This document shows positions 1-10,152 of a stretch of DNA of 64,000 nucleotides, one piece after another. Below the pieces are notes generated by a model. The model ran no database searches and had not been told where the DNA came from. It saw only the letters and a list, made by a program, of their open reading frames with translations. The translations under genes were made by a program, and so were the position numbers. Each line of letters starts with the position of its first letter. Within the stretch, counting starts at the first letter, position 1. Origin of the DNA: an uncultured Gemmatimonadaceae bacterium (lineage in GTDB: Bacteria > Gemmatimonadota > Gemmatimonadetes > Gemmatimonadales > Gemmatimonadaceae); assembly GCA_963751275.1 (NCBI GenBank), contig CAVVTZ010000009.1, forward strand, positions 384,001 to 448,000, in the 5' to 3' direction.

Positions 1-860
1 TCCACGGTCTCGGCGATGTCCTTGCCGTAGCCGCCGGCGATGGTGATCGCGACGGGGAGACCCACCTCGCGACAGGCTTCGAGCACCATCGCGTCTCGGC
101 GCGCGAGGCCGTCCAAGGTCAGCGCGAGGCGGCCGAGCGCGTCGCGCTCGTGCGGGTCGGCGCCGGCGAGATACACGACGAGGCCGGGGCGCGCCTCGCG
201 CAGCACGGCGGGGAGCGCGGCCGCGAGCGCCGCGAGGTACGCGTCGTCGCCGGTGCCGTCGGGGAGTTCGATGTCCAGCGAGCCCGCGACGCGCGTGAAC
301 GGATAGTTGCGCGCGCCGTGCATGCTGAAGGTGTACACGCTCTCATCGCCCGCGAAGATCGCGTTCGTGCCGTTCCCCTGGTGCACGTCGAGGTCGATCA
401 CCGCCGCGCGCGCGATGCGCCCCTCGTACTGCAGCGCGCGGATCGCGACGGCCACGTCGTTGAACACGCAGAACCCCTCGCCGTGATCCGCGAACGCGTG
501 GTGCGTGCCGCCGGCGAGATTCATTGCGATCCCCCGCTCGAGCGCGCTGCGCGCGGCGGCAATGGTGCCGCCCACCGCGCGGTGCGAGCGCTCGACGAGT
601 TCGGGCGACCAGGGGAATCCGATGCGGCGCATCGCGGCCGCGTCGAGCGTGCCGGCATCGAGCGCGTCCACGTACGCGGCGTCGTGCGCGCGCAGCAATT
701 CTTCACGCGTCGTGCGCGGGGGATCATGGAGCCGGTCGCGCGGGATGAGCCCTTCCGCGAGCACGCGCTCGCGGAGCAGCGCGTACTTCGCGATCGGGAA
801 GCGGTGCGCGGCCGGGAGCGGGATGACGTACGCGGCCGAGCTCCACGCGTGCAGCGTCAT
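1..860 (-). CDS. Histone deacetylase family protein (3' end runs off the window)
   Basis: Manual minus-strand translation from ATG 860 gives MTLHAWSSAAYVIPLPAAHRFPIAKY, with NLAGGTHHA, GEGFCVFNDVA and DLDVHQGNGT, which are HDAC/AcuC motifs. Absent from the ORF track because there is no stop in the window. Confidence 0.9.
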   Translation of the reverse strand, partial: MTLHAWSSAAYVIPLPAAHRFPIAKYALLRERVLAEGLIPRDRLHDPPRTTREELLRAHDAAYVDALDAGTLDAAAMRRIGFPWSPELVERSHRAVGGTIAAARSALERGIAMNLAGGTHHAFADHGEGFCVFNDVAVAIRALQYEGRIARAAVIDLDVHQGNGTNAIFAGDESVYTFSMHGARNYPFTRVAGSLDIELPDGTGDDAYLAALAAALPAVLREARPGLVVYLAGADPHERDALGRLALTLDGLARRDAMVLEACREVGLPVAITIAGGYGKDIAETV

Positions 861-879
861 CCCGCCCCGCGGCCGGCGG

Positions 880-2229
880 TCAGGTGCCGCGCTTGCCGAG
901 CGTGGCCGTGAGCGTCACGCGCTGGCCGTCGCGCATCACGACCACCTGCACGACATCGCCCGGCTTGTGCTTGGCGAGCGCGTCGGTGAAGGTGTAGATG
1001 TCCTTGATCGGCGCGCCGCCGAACTCCACGATGATGTCGCCCTTCTGCGCGCCCGCCTTCTCGGCCGGCGATCCGGCGCTCACGCCGGCGAGCTTCACGC
1101 CCACGACATCCACGGCGCCCATGTCGGGCACCGAGCCGAACCACGCGCCGTTGCCGCCGGGCCCGCGCGACGGCGGCGGCGCCTTCACGAACGTGAGACG
1201 CGTCGGCCGGTCGGCGAGTTCGCGGATGAGCGCGACGCTGTAGTCGATCACGCGCGCTTCCCCCTCGAAGTTGATCTTGCTCGCGATGTCGGTGGCGCGG
1301 TGGTAGTCCTCATGCTGGTCGGTGAAGAAGAAGAGCACGGGCACGCCGGCGCCGTAGAAGCTCGATTGGTCGGAGGGGCCGTAGCCGTCGCCGATGGCCG
1401 CGACCTGGAAATGCGCGACGGCGGTGTTCACGCTGTCCACCAGCGGCTTGAGTTCCGTGGCGGTGGCCACGCCGTACACGAGCAGCTTGTCGTTCCGCAG
1501 CCGGCCCACCATGTCGAAGTTCTGCATGATCTGCATGCTGTCGAGCGGCACCGGCGAGTGCTCCACGAAGTACTGCGAGCCGAGCAGCCCAAGTTCTTCG
1601 CCGGAGAAATTGAGCAACAGCAGGCTGCGCTTGGTGGGATGCTTCGCGAACAGCCGCGCGATCTCCATCACGGCCGCGGTACCCGACGCGTTGTCATCCG
1701 CGCCGTGGCGGATGGCGGTGCCCGCGTCGGGGTCCATCGAGTTGAAGGCGTTGCGGCCGAGGTGATCGAAGTGCGCACCGACCACCACATACTCGTTCCG
1801 GAGCGCGGGATCGGTGCCTTTGATGATCGCGACGACGTTCTGCGTGGGGAGCGATGACGGCAGCCCCGCGTGCGCGGCGGCGACGGACTTCGCGAAGAAG
1901 CGCTGCTGATAGTCCGGGGCGCACTGGAACCCTTCGGTGAACCCGGCCATGCATTGGACGATCCGTGTGCGCTGCTCAGGAGGAAGTTCGAGCTTGAGCG
2001 ACGTGTAGAGTCGCGCGATATAGGCCGCCGCGCTGTCGTTGCCCGCGGTGCCGGTGCCGCGCCCCTCGAGCGCATCGCTCGCGAGATACGTGATGTCCTG
2101 CCGGATCAGCGCGGTGTCCTGCAGCGCCGAGCGCGGCGCGGGTGCGATCGAGGAGCTGGGGCACGCGCTGAGCGCGAAGAGGAACGTCGCGCCGGCGAAG
2201 GCGGCGCGCGAAAGGCGGGCGGGGATCAT
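880..2229 (-). CDS. M28 family peptidase with C-terminal PDZ domain, probable lipoprotein
   Basis: GAHFDHLG, GADDNASG, FSGEELGLLGS, NFDMVG and DYHRATD motifs; C-terminal PDZ (GSPAEKAG); lipobox-like ALSAC. Confidence 0.9.
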   Translation of the reverse strand: MIPARLSRAAFAGATFLFALSACPSSSIAPAPRSALQDTALIRQDITYLASDALEGRGTGTAGNDSAAAYIARLYTSLKLELPPEQRTRIVQCMAGFTEGFQCAPDYQQRFFAKSVAAAHAGLPSSLPTQNVVAIIKGTDPALRNEYVVVGAHFDHLGRNAFNSMDPDAGTAIRHGADDNASGTAAVMEIARLFAKHPTKRSLLLLNFSGEELGLLGSQYFVEHSPVPLDSMQIMQNFDMVGRLRNDKLLVYGVATATELKPLVDSVNTAVAHFQVAAIGDGYGPSDQSSFYGAGVPVLFFFTDQHEDYHRATDIASKINFEGEARVIDYSVALIRELADRPTRLTFVKAPPPSRGPGGNGAWFGSVPDMGAVDVVGVKLAGVSAGSPAEKAGAQKGDIIVEFGGAPIKDIYTFTDALAKHKPGDVVQVVVMRDGQRVTLTATLGKRGT

Positions 2230-2284
2230 GTCGGATTGGGCTGGCGTGGTGAGTGACGGGCGACTGGGAGTATGTTATCGGGCA

Positions 2285-2872
2285 ATGCGCGCCACGGCCA
2301 GTCGGCTGTTCTCCCTTTCGACGCTCAGCCTCGCGCTCATCCCGCGCGCGGTGGCGCTGAACCTCGCGCTCGGCGCCATCGTGAGCGCGCTCAAGCTCCC
2401 CGTGTACCTCGATTCCGTGGGCACGATCCTCGCGGCGGCGCTCGCCGGCCCCTTCGCCGGCGCGGTGACGGGGGTGCTGTCGAACACCGTGCTCGGGCTG
2501 CTCGTGAATCCGGTGCTGCTCGCGTTCATCCCGGTGACGATCGTGATCGGCGTGCTCGCGGGGATCGCGGCGCGGCTGGGCGCGTTCAAGCGGCTGTGGA
2601 CCGCGGCGCTCGCGGGCGTCGTGATCGGCACCGCCGCGGCGCTCGCGAGCGTGCCGATCGTGATCGGGCTGTACGGCGGCCTGTCGCCCACGGGCACCGG
2701 CGTCGTGACGATGGTGCTGCGCGCGACCACGGGCATGTCGATGGAGACCGCGGCGAAAGTGTCGAGCGTCGCGACCGATGTGATCGACAAGCCGCTGAGC
2801 TGCGTGCTCGTGGCGCTCATCCTCGCGCGGCTGCCGGCGCGCATCACCGCTCGGTTCCGGAGCGGCGCGTGA
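2285..2872 (+). CDS. ECF transporter S (substrate-binding) component
   Basis: Hydrophobic ~195 aa protein with LKLPVYLDSVGTILAAALAGP and DVIDK motifs; followed by EcfT and EcfA. Confidence 0.85.
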   Translation: MRATASRLFSLSTLSLALIPRAVALNLALGAIVSALKLPVYLDSVGTILAAALAGPFAGAVTGVLSNTVLGLLVNPVLLAFIPVTIVIGVLAGIAARLGAFKRLWTAALAGVVIGTAAALASVPIVIGLYGGLSPTGTGVVTMVLRATTGMSMETAAKVSSVATDVIDKPLSCVLVALILARLPARITARFRSGA

Positions 2873-3606
2873 GCGCACGCCTCGACCGCTGGAACCCGCT
2901 CACTCCGCTCGCGATCGCGCTGCTGCTCGTGACGGCGGCGTACACCGGGCCGGCGCCATGGACGGCGGCGCTCGCACTCGGGCTCGCGCTCGGCGCGGCG
3001 TGGTGGAGCGGGGCGGGGCGCCGGGTGACGACACTCGCCGCGGCGGTCGCGATCCCGACGTTCGCGCTGCTCGCGCTCACGAACGGCGTGCTCGCGGCGG
3101 AGCACGCGACTTCCGTGTTCGGCGCGCTGCGCTACGATCCGGATGGCGTGCGCGATGCGCTCGCGGTGTCGCTGCGGCTGGGCGCGGCGGTGGCGGCGCT
3201 CGGGACCTTCATCGCGGGCGTGGCGCCGCGGCGCCTGACGCGGGCGCTCGCCGCGCGCGGGATGCCCGGCTGGGCGGCGTATCTGATCGTCGCCTCGCTC
3301 GAGGCGGCGCCCGAGGCCAAGGCGCGGGCGCGCGAAGTGCTCGACGCGCAGCGCTGCCGCGGATTGTCGATGGGCGGCGGCGCGCTGGGCCGGCTGCGCT
3401 CGCTCGCTCCGCTGGTCGGTCCCCTCGTGGCCTCGCTCGTGACCGAGAGCGATGAGAGCGCGCTCGCGCTCGACGCGCGCGGCTTCGTGCCGGGGCGGCG
3501 CCGCACCGCGCTCACGCCGATCGCGGATCCGGCGGGGGAGCGCGCGCTGCGCCTCGTGCTCTGGTGCGCGATCATCGCGCTGCTGGCGTGGGGGGCGCTG
3601 CGATGA
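2869..3606 (+). CDS. ecfT: ECF transporter transmembrane T component
   Basis: GTGA overlap with the S gene; WNPLT start and two X-Arg-Gly motifs (AQRCRG, LDARG). Confidence 0.85.
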   Translation: MSARLDRWNPLTPLAIALLLVTAAYTGPAPWTAALALGLALGAAWWSGAGRRVTTLAAAVAIPTFALLALTNGVLAAEHATSVFGALRYDPDGVRDALAVSLRLGAAVAALGTFIAGVAPRRLTRALAARGMPGWAAYLIVASLEAAPEAKARAREVLDAQRCRGLSMGGGALGRLRSLAPLVGPLVASLVTESDESALALDARGFVPGRRRTALTPIADPAGERALRLVLWCAIIALLAWGALR

Positions 3607-5021
3607 GCGACCCGGTGCTCGAGCTGGCGCTCGAAGAAGCGCGCTATGGCGCGCGTGTGGCGCTGCGCGGCGTGACGCTCGCGATCGCGCGCGGTGAGAT
3701 CGTGGGCGTCGCGGGGCACGTGGGTGCGGGGAAGAGCACGCTCGCGCTCGCGGCGGCGGGGCTGCTCGAGCGCGCGACGCGCGCGACGATCGCCGGCGCC
3801 GTGCGGCATCCGGCCGGCGGCTCGCCGCCATCGTCGTTCGTGTTCGCGAACCCGTGGACGCAGCTCACCGAGCTCGGCGGCACGGTGGAGGAGGAGGTGG
3901 CTGTGGGCCCCGAGAACCAGGCGCTGCCGTCCGCCGAGATCCGCGTGCGCGTGGACCGATCGCTCGCGACGGCCGACGGCACGGCGCTCGCGCCGCGCAT
4001 TCCGCGCGAACTCTCCGGCGGCGAGCTGCAGCGCGTGGCGCTCGCGTCGGCGTTGGCGCTTGACGCGCCGCTCGTGGTGCTCGACGAACCCACCGCGCAG
4101 CTCGATCCCGAGGCCGCGCGGCGGTTCGCGACCGCCGTGCGCGCGCTCGCGGCCGGGGGGCGCGGCGTGCTCCTCGTGTCGCAGGATCTCGCGCTGCTCG
4201 TGTCCGTGGCATCGCGCGTGATCGTGCTCGCCGACGGCGCCGTGCTCGCAGCGGGCGATCCGCGCGAACTGCTCACGCGGCAGCCTCCGCTCGACGCGCG
4301 GCTGGGTTCCGTGGAGCGCGCGGCGGAGCGCGCTACCCTCGAGCGCGCCGCGGGCGAACCGCTGCTCGAGATCCGCGATCTGGCGGCGGGCTACGCGGAC
4401 CGCGACGTACTGACCGGCGTCTCGCTCACCGTGCCGCGCGGCGTGATCTCGGCGTGGATGGGCGAGAACGGAGCGGGGAAGAGCACGCTGGCGCGCGCCG
4501 TGATGGGACTCATCCCCGCACGTGGCGGAAGCGTGGCGGTGGGCGGCGTGCCGCTCGATGCGCTGCCGGTGGAAGTGCGCGCGCGCCATGTGGGGCTCGT
4601 CTTCCAGAACCCGGCGGCGCAGCTGTTCGGGCGCACCGTGCTGGACGAAGCGCTCTTCGGCCCGCGTGTGCTCGGGATACCCCGCGACGCGGCGCTTGCG
4701 GGTGCGCGCGAGGCGCTGGAGGCCGTGGGGCTTTTGGGCGAGCTCGAGACCAACCCGGCCGACCTCACGCCGCAGGCGCAGCGCCGGGTGGCGATCGCCG
4801 CGGCGATGGCGGCGCGTCCCCCGATGCTCATTCTCGATGAGCCCACCGCCGGGCAGGATGCGGCGGGCCGCGACTGGATCGCCCGGGCGCTCGGGATCCA
4901 GCGGACCCGGGGGGCGGCCGCCGTCATCACGCATGACCTTCCATTCGCCCAACGTCATGCCGGGCAAGTTGTTACGCTCGCCCAGGGGAAGGTGTCGAAT
5001 ATCAGGGATTACCGCGCGTAG
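3603..5021 (+). CDS. ECF-type ABC ATPase with two fused nucleotide-binding domains
   Basis: Walker A GHVGAGKS and GENGAGKS; LSGGELQRV; Walker B VVLDEPT and LILDEPT. Confidence 0.9.
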   Translation: MSDPVLELALEEARYGARVALRGVTLAIARGEIVGVAGHVGAGKSTLALAAAGLLERATRATIAGAVRHPAGGSPPSSFVFANPWTQLTELGGTVEEEVAVGPENQALPSAEIRVRVDRSLATADGTALAPRIPRELSGGELQRVALASALALDAPLVVLDEPTAQLDPEAARRFATAVRALAAGGRGVLLVSQDLALLVSVASRVIVLADGAVLAAGDPRELLTRQPPLDARLGSVERAAERATLERAAGEPLLEIRDLAAGYADRDVLTGVSLTVPRGVISAWMGENGAGKSTLARAVMGLIPARGGSVAVGGVPLDALPVEVRARHVGLVFQNPAAQLFGRTVLDEALFGPRVLGIPRDAALAGAREALEAVGLLGELETNPADLTPQAQRRVAIAAAMAARPPMLILDEPTAGQDAAGRDWIARALGIQRTRGAAAVITHDLPFAQRHAGQVVTLAQGKVSNIRDYRA

Positions 5022-5101
5022 CGGCTTCACCGCTCTTGCGCGTATGCTTGTCGTCCGCGCTCGTTGCGCGGACGACAGCCTGCGCGCGCAGCCGGACTGC
5101 C

Positions 5102-6996
5102 ATGGATTATTCGCTCACATTCGCTCGCCACTTCGCCAGGCTCGTGTGGCTGCTGCTCAACGAAGGCCACGCCTTCGATGCGCAGATCGCCACGCTGCGC
5201 TCACTGGTGAACGTGTCGCGCGATGGTGAGGTGAAGATCACGACGAACGACTGGCGCCTGATGGCGAACGGCAGCCGCTGCCCGACCGTTTCACCGGCAC
5301 GCAGGATCTCGTCGCGCAGCTCATCGGGCATTCGGTGCTCGCGCTCAGCATCTCGCAGGGCGCATCGCCCGCGGATCTGCTGCTCGCGGCGCGCGTGCTC
5401 GCGAGCGAGGCGGCGCCGGGCGACGGCGGGCGCAACGTGATCGCGCGGCTCGCCGCGCTCGATGCGCACACGCTGCGCGTGGACATTGATCCGGCCGCGT
5501 TCGCGGAGGAGCCGAAGGCGGCCGCGCCCACGCCGGCGACCAAGACGCCGACGCCGGCGTCGGCCCCCGCGCCGCTGCGTGCGCGCACGCCGACGATGAA
5601 CATGGTGATCCAGCACGACGACGACATCACGGTGTTCAGCAACGAGGAGGATCTCTACGGCGCGGCGTCGCTCACCGGCACGCACAGCGTCGATCCGCTC
5701 GGCATGGCGCCGCTCAGCATCCTGACGCCGAACACGACGCCGGGGATCCCGGTCCTGGAGGGCGCCTTCGCGCCGACCCCGCCCGGCGGGATCTCCTCCG
5801 TTCCGCCGCTGCCCGACATGATCGACACCGGCCCGCCGCTCGAGCCGCTGCCGCCGCCCGAGCCGATCGCGCCCTTCCCCGAGCTCAAGCTCGACGAGCC
5901 CGAGATCATGCGCGGCGCCGACCCCGAGCAGGTGCTGCAGGCGAACACGGCCGTCACGCCCAAGGGCACGATGGTCAAGATGTTCGAGGCGCTCGACGCC
6001 GCGACCTCGTCCGCGAACGCCGCGAAGCAGCTCGAGCTGCTCGTGAAGCTCGCCACCGAGAGCGCGCGCAAGGAACGCGTGGACATGGTGGCCGACATCT
6101 TCTACGGCATCGTGAAGCGCGAGGACACGGTCGAAGAGAAATCGATCAAGCGGCAGTTCTCGATGTCGATCCGCCGCCTCTCGACGCCCAGCGTGCTGCA
6201 GTGCCTCGTGGAGCTGTTGCCGCGCCGGCGCGAGAATTACGACCAGTACATGGCGGTGTTCGAGAAGTCCGACGAGGCCGGCGTCGAAGCGCTCGTCGAG
6301 GCGCTCGTGGCCGCGCCGTCGATCCAGGACCGGCGCGTCTTCTACGACGCGCTCCTCCGCCTGCGCTCGGGGATCCGTACGCTGATGTTCATGCTCGGCG
6401 ACCCGCGCTGGTACGTCGTGCGCAACGCCGCCGAGCTGCTGGGCGAGATGAAGAGCATGGAGGCGGAGCCCGATCTCACGAAGCTGCTGCAGCACCGCGA
6501 CGACCGCGTGCGCACCGCGGCCGCGGCCGCGCTCGCGAAGCTCGGCGGCACCGCGGCGGTGCGCGGCATGCGCGCGTCGCTCGCGGGCGAGGCGGTGCGC
6601 GAGCGCGTCTCGGAGGCGATGTCGCCGCGCGAGGGCAGCTCGGTGGACTCGCTCATCCGCGCCGTGGACCGCGAGGAGGACAGCCGCGTGCAGATGGCGA
6701 TGCTCGCCGCGCTCGGCCAGCTCGGCACGCCCGCGGCCGTGGACAAACTGCTCGAGATCGCGCGGAGCGACCGCAAGCTGCTGGCGCGCAGCCGCCCCAC
6801 GCCGATGCGCGTCGCGGCGGTGCACGCGCTGGGCGACGTGAAGAGCAACACCGCGCATAGCGCGCTGCAGGCGCTGCTGCACGACAAGGAGAAGGCGGTG
6901 CGCGGCGCCGCGAGCTGGGTGATCATGGGGCGCCGCCGCGAGACCGGGCAGTGGCCCGAGGAGAACGGCGGCGGCGCCGCCGAGGACCAGGAGTAG
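5102..6996 (+). CDS. HEAT-repeat protein with Pro-rich linker (frameshift near 5280)
   Basis: N-terminus MDYSLTFARHF continues, after a frame change, into the 553 aa ORF; C-terminal HEAT-like repeats (DPRWYVVRNAAELLG, DDRVRTAAAAALAKLG, EKAVRGAASW). Confidence 0.75.
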
Positions 6997-7008
6997 CGCC
7001 GCGCGCGC

Positions 7009-8076
7009 CTAGCGCGCGGTGAAGTCCGTCGCCGCGCTCACGCGCCGGCACACTTCCGCGATCAGCGTCGCCGCGCGATCGATGTCCTCCAGACTCACCA
7101 TCTCGCTCGGCGAGTGCATATAGCGGTTGGCCACGCTCACGAGGCCCGTCGCGATCCCCTCGCGCGCCACGTGGATCGAATCGGCATCGGTGCCGGTATC
7201 GCGCCCCGCGGCGTGCAGCGTGTACGGGATCTTCAGGTCGTCGGCAGTGGAGCGGAGCAGCCGGTGCACCACCGGGCTCACGACCGATCCGCGTGAGAGC
7301 ACGGGGCCGCCGCCCAGCGGATTGTCGCCGATCTCCTTCTTCTCGATGCCCGGCGTGTCCGTCGCGTGCGTGACATCGACGACGATCGCCATCGCGGCGC
7401 CGCTCGCCGTGGCGCTCACGCCGGCGCCGCCGCCGCGCCAGGAGATCTCCTCCTGTGTGGTGGCCACCGCGGTCACGCGCGCCTTGCCCGGCTTCTTCGC
7501 GTAGCGGCGCAGCGCCTCGAGCACGATGAACGCGCCGATGCGGTCGTCGATCGAGCGCGACACCAAGCGCCTGTTCGGGAACTCCATCGCGCGCGCATCG
7601 ATCACGCCGCAGTCGCCCACATCGAGATGCTTCTTCGCCTCGGCCTTGTTCTTGGCGCCGATGTCCACCCAGAGGTCGGAGAGTTGCGTGCCCTTGTCCC
7701 GGTCCTCCTTCTTCATCAGGTGGATCGCCTTGCGCCCCACCACGCCGAACACGTCGCCCTTGGCGCCGAGGAAGCGGATGCGCTGTCCCACGAGCACCTG
7801 GGCATCCCAGCCGCCGATCTCGCTGATGTAGAGGAAGCCGTCGTCGTCGATGTGCTGCACGATGACGCCGATCTCATCGATGTGGCCGGCGAGCATGATC
7901 GTGGGCGCGCCCTTGGCGTGCACTGTGGCGAGGGAATTGCCATGCGAATCGCCTTTGACTTCGGCGAAGGACTTGGCTTCGTCGCGCCAGACGCGCGCGG
8001 GGGCGGCCTCGAAGCCGGACGGGCCGGGCGTGTCGAGGAGTTTGCGGAGGAAGGTAAGCGAGGATTCGGAGAGCAT
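7009..8076 (-). CDS. M42 family metallopeptidase (TET aminopeptidase type)
   Basis: GPSGFE, AGHIDEIG, IDDRIG, TQEEI, VDVTHA, GTDAD and RYMHSPSE motifs. Confidence 0.92.
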   Translation of the reverse strand: MLSESSLTFLRKLLDTPGPSGFEAAPARVWRDEAKSFAEVKGDSHGNSLATVHAKGAPTIMLAGHIDEIGVIVQHIDDDGFLYISEIGGWDAQVLVGQRIRFLGAKGDVFGVVGRKAIHLMKKEDRDKGTQLSDLWVDIGAKNKAEAKKHLDVGDCGVIDARAMEFPNRRLVSRSIDDRIGAFIVLEALRRYAKKPGKARVTAVATTQEEISWRGGGAGVSATASGAAMAIVVDVTHATDTPGIEKKEIGDNPLGGGPVLSRGSVVSPVVHRLLRSTADDLKIPYTLHAAGRDTGTDADSIHVAREGIATGLVSVANRYMHSPSEMVSLEDIDRAATLIAEVCRRVSAATDFTAR

Positions 8077-8486
8077 TATTCGGGGCGCTTGATGGGGAAG
8101 AGCATGAAGCTGGCGAGGAGCACGAAGATGCCGGCGACATAGAAGCGCGGATCGTCGGTGAGGAAATAGTACACGCCGGCCGCGAGCGCGGCACCTTCGC
8201 CCATCGCCCAGCCCATGAGCGCGTACGTGAAGCGCTGCGCTTCGCCCGTGGCCCGCGACCAGATCGGGCGAACGGCGAAGATGCCCCCGAGCGCGAGAGC
8301 GATCGCGATGGCCGGCACGTAGATCAGTTCCTGCGGATTCGGCGCGGGCGTGAACGTGCCTTGGTGGTGCTGAAAGTAGACCACCGCGCCGAACATCACG
8401 ACGCCGCCGAGTAGTGAGGCTCTGATCAGCATGCGCGTCCGCATGATCGCTGCGGGTGAGCTGTCCCCTTGCCGTGGTGCCGTCAT
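8076..8486 (-). CDS. Hypothetical membrane protein (about 4 TM helices)
   Basis: Hydrophobic 136 aa ORF whose stop overlaps the M42 start; exact start uncertain. Confidence 0.7.
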   Translation of the reverse strand: MTAPRQGDSSPAAIMRTRMLIRASLLGGVVMFGAVVYFQHHQGTFTPAPNPQELIYVPAIAIALALGGIFAVRPIWSRATGEAQRFTYALMGWAMGEGAALAAGVYYFLTDDPRFYVAGIFVLLASFMLFPIKRPE

Positions 8487-8493
8487 GCGCGCC

Positions 8494-10152
8494 TCACTTG
8501 TGCTCGTACACCGGCACGCCGCCTACCCACGTCGCCACCACCTGCGCGCTCAGGATCTCCTCCGGTGCGGCGCGCACGATGTCGCGGTCGTACACTACGA
8601 AGTCCGCGTATTTCCCCGGCGTCAGCGAGCCGAGCATCGTCTCCTGGAACGCGGCGACGGCGGGCCAGATGGTGATCGACTTGAGCGCCTCTTCGCGCGT
8701 CATCGCTTCCCACGGCTGCCAGCCGCCGGGCGGCCAGTTGAACGCGTCCTGCCGCGTGATCGCGGAGTGATACGAGTAGAGCGGATTCACCAACTCCACC
8801 GGGAAATCGCTCCCGTTCGGGATGATCACGCCGGTGTTGAGCAGCGCGCGCCACGCGTACGCGCCCAGGATGCGCGACGGGCCCAGCCGTTTGGCCGCCC
8901 AGTACATGTCGCTCGTCTGGTGCACGGCCTGCATGCTCGGGATCACGTCGAGCTGTGCGAAGCGCGGGATGTCGGCGAAGTTCAGGATCTGCGCGTGCTC
9001 GATGCGAAAGCGATGGTCGGCCACCGGCACTTCCTTGAGCGCCGCCTCGTACGCGTCGAGCGCGATGCGGTTGCCGCGGTCGCCGATCGCGTGCGTCGCC
9101 ACCTGGAATCCGTGCTTGAGCGCCTGCACACTCACGGCGCGCAGATGTTCGGGCGGGGACACGAGCAGGCCGATGTTCCCCGGATCGTCGCTGTACGGAT
9201 CGAGCAGCGCCGCGCCGCGCGAACCGAGCGCGCCGTCGGCGTACAGCTTGATGGCGCGCACCCAGAGATGGCCGTCGTACATCGCGCTCCGTGGGCCGAG
9301 GCCGAAGTAGTACGCGATGTCCGCCGAATCGTCGGAGATCATCACGTAGGCGCGCAGCGTGAGCTGGCCGGCCTTCGCGAGCTCCTCGTATAGATCGATC
9401 GTCGCGCGCGACTCGCCCGGGTCGTCGATGCCGGTGAGCCCCCACCGGTTCGCCTCGGCGATCGCGGCCTGCAGCGCCGCCTTGCGCTGCGCTCGCGACA
9501 GCGGCGGGATCACTCGGGCGATGAGCTCCTGCGCGTTGTCCACGAAGACGCCGGCGGGCGCGCCACCCGCGCCGCGCTCGATGCGGCCGCCGTCGGGATC
9601 GTGCGTGGCGGCGGTGACGCCCGCCGCCTTGATCGCCATGGCGTTCGCGAGCACGGCGTGACCGTCGATGCGTTCGAGCACCACCGGGTGGTCGGGCACG
9701 GCGGCGGACAACTTTTCCTGCGTGGGGAATCGCGTGTCGCCCCAATGGTTCTGGTCCCAGCCGCGGCCGGTGATCCACGCTCCCGCGGGCGCCGTCTTCG
9801 CGCGCGCAACGACGCGGGCGATCACTTCGTCGTAGCTCGTCGTGCCCACGAGATCCACACTCGAGAGCGCCATGCCGAGCCCGAGCATGTGCGCGTGCGC
9901 ATCCGTGATGCCGGGGACGATCGTGCGACCGCTGTAGTCGACGACCTTGGTGTTCGCGCCCTTGAGCGCCATCGCGCCGCGCAGCGAACCGACGAACACG
10001 ATGTGGCCGCCCTTGACCGCCATCGCTTCGGCGATCGGGCGCGCGTCGTCCACCGTGTAGATGCGTGCGCCAGTGATGATGAGATCGGCCTGCTGCGCGG
10101 GCGCCGCGGCGGCGACCGCGATCAGGCACGCGATGAGTAGGTGCTTCATCAT
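8494..10152 (-). CDS. Exported amidohydrolase (YtcJ/Amidohydro_3 type)
   Basis: Signal peptide [49 protein letters not shown] and GKYADFVV motifs. Confidence 0.9.
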   Translation of the reverse strand: MMKHLLIACLIAVAAAAPAQQADLIITGARIYTVDDARPIAEAMAVKGGHIVFVGSLRGAMALKGANTKVVDYSGRTIVPGITDAHAHMLGLGMALSSVDLVGTTSYDEVIARVVARAKTAPAGAWITGRGWDQNHWGDTRFPTQEKLSAAVPDHPVVLERIDGHAVLANAMAIKAAGVTAATHDPDGGRIERGAGGAPAGVFVDNAQELIARVIPPLSRAQRKAALQAAIAEANRWGLTGIDDPGESRATIDLYEELAKAGQLTLRAYVMISDDSADIAYYFGLGPRSAMYDGHLWVRAIKLYADGALGSRGAALLDPYSDDPGNIGLLVSPPEHLRAVSVQALKHGFQVATHAIGDRGNRIALDAYEAALKEVPVADHRFRIEHAQILNFADIPRFAQLDVIPSMQAVHQTSDMYWAAKRLGPSRILGAYAWRALLNTGVIIPNGSDFPVELVNPLYSYHSAITRQDAFNWPPGGWQPWEAMTREEALKSITIWPAVAAFQETMLGSLTPGKYADFVVYDRDIVRAAPEEILSAQVVATWVGGVPVYEHK

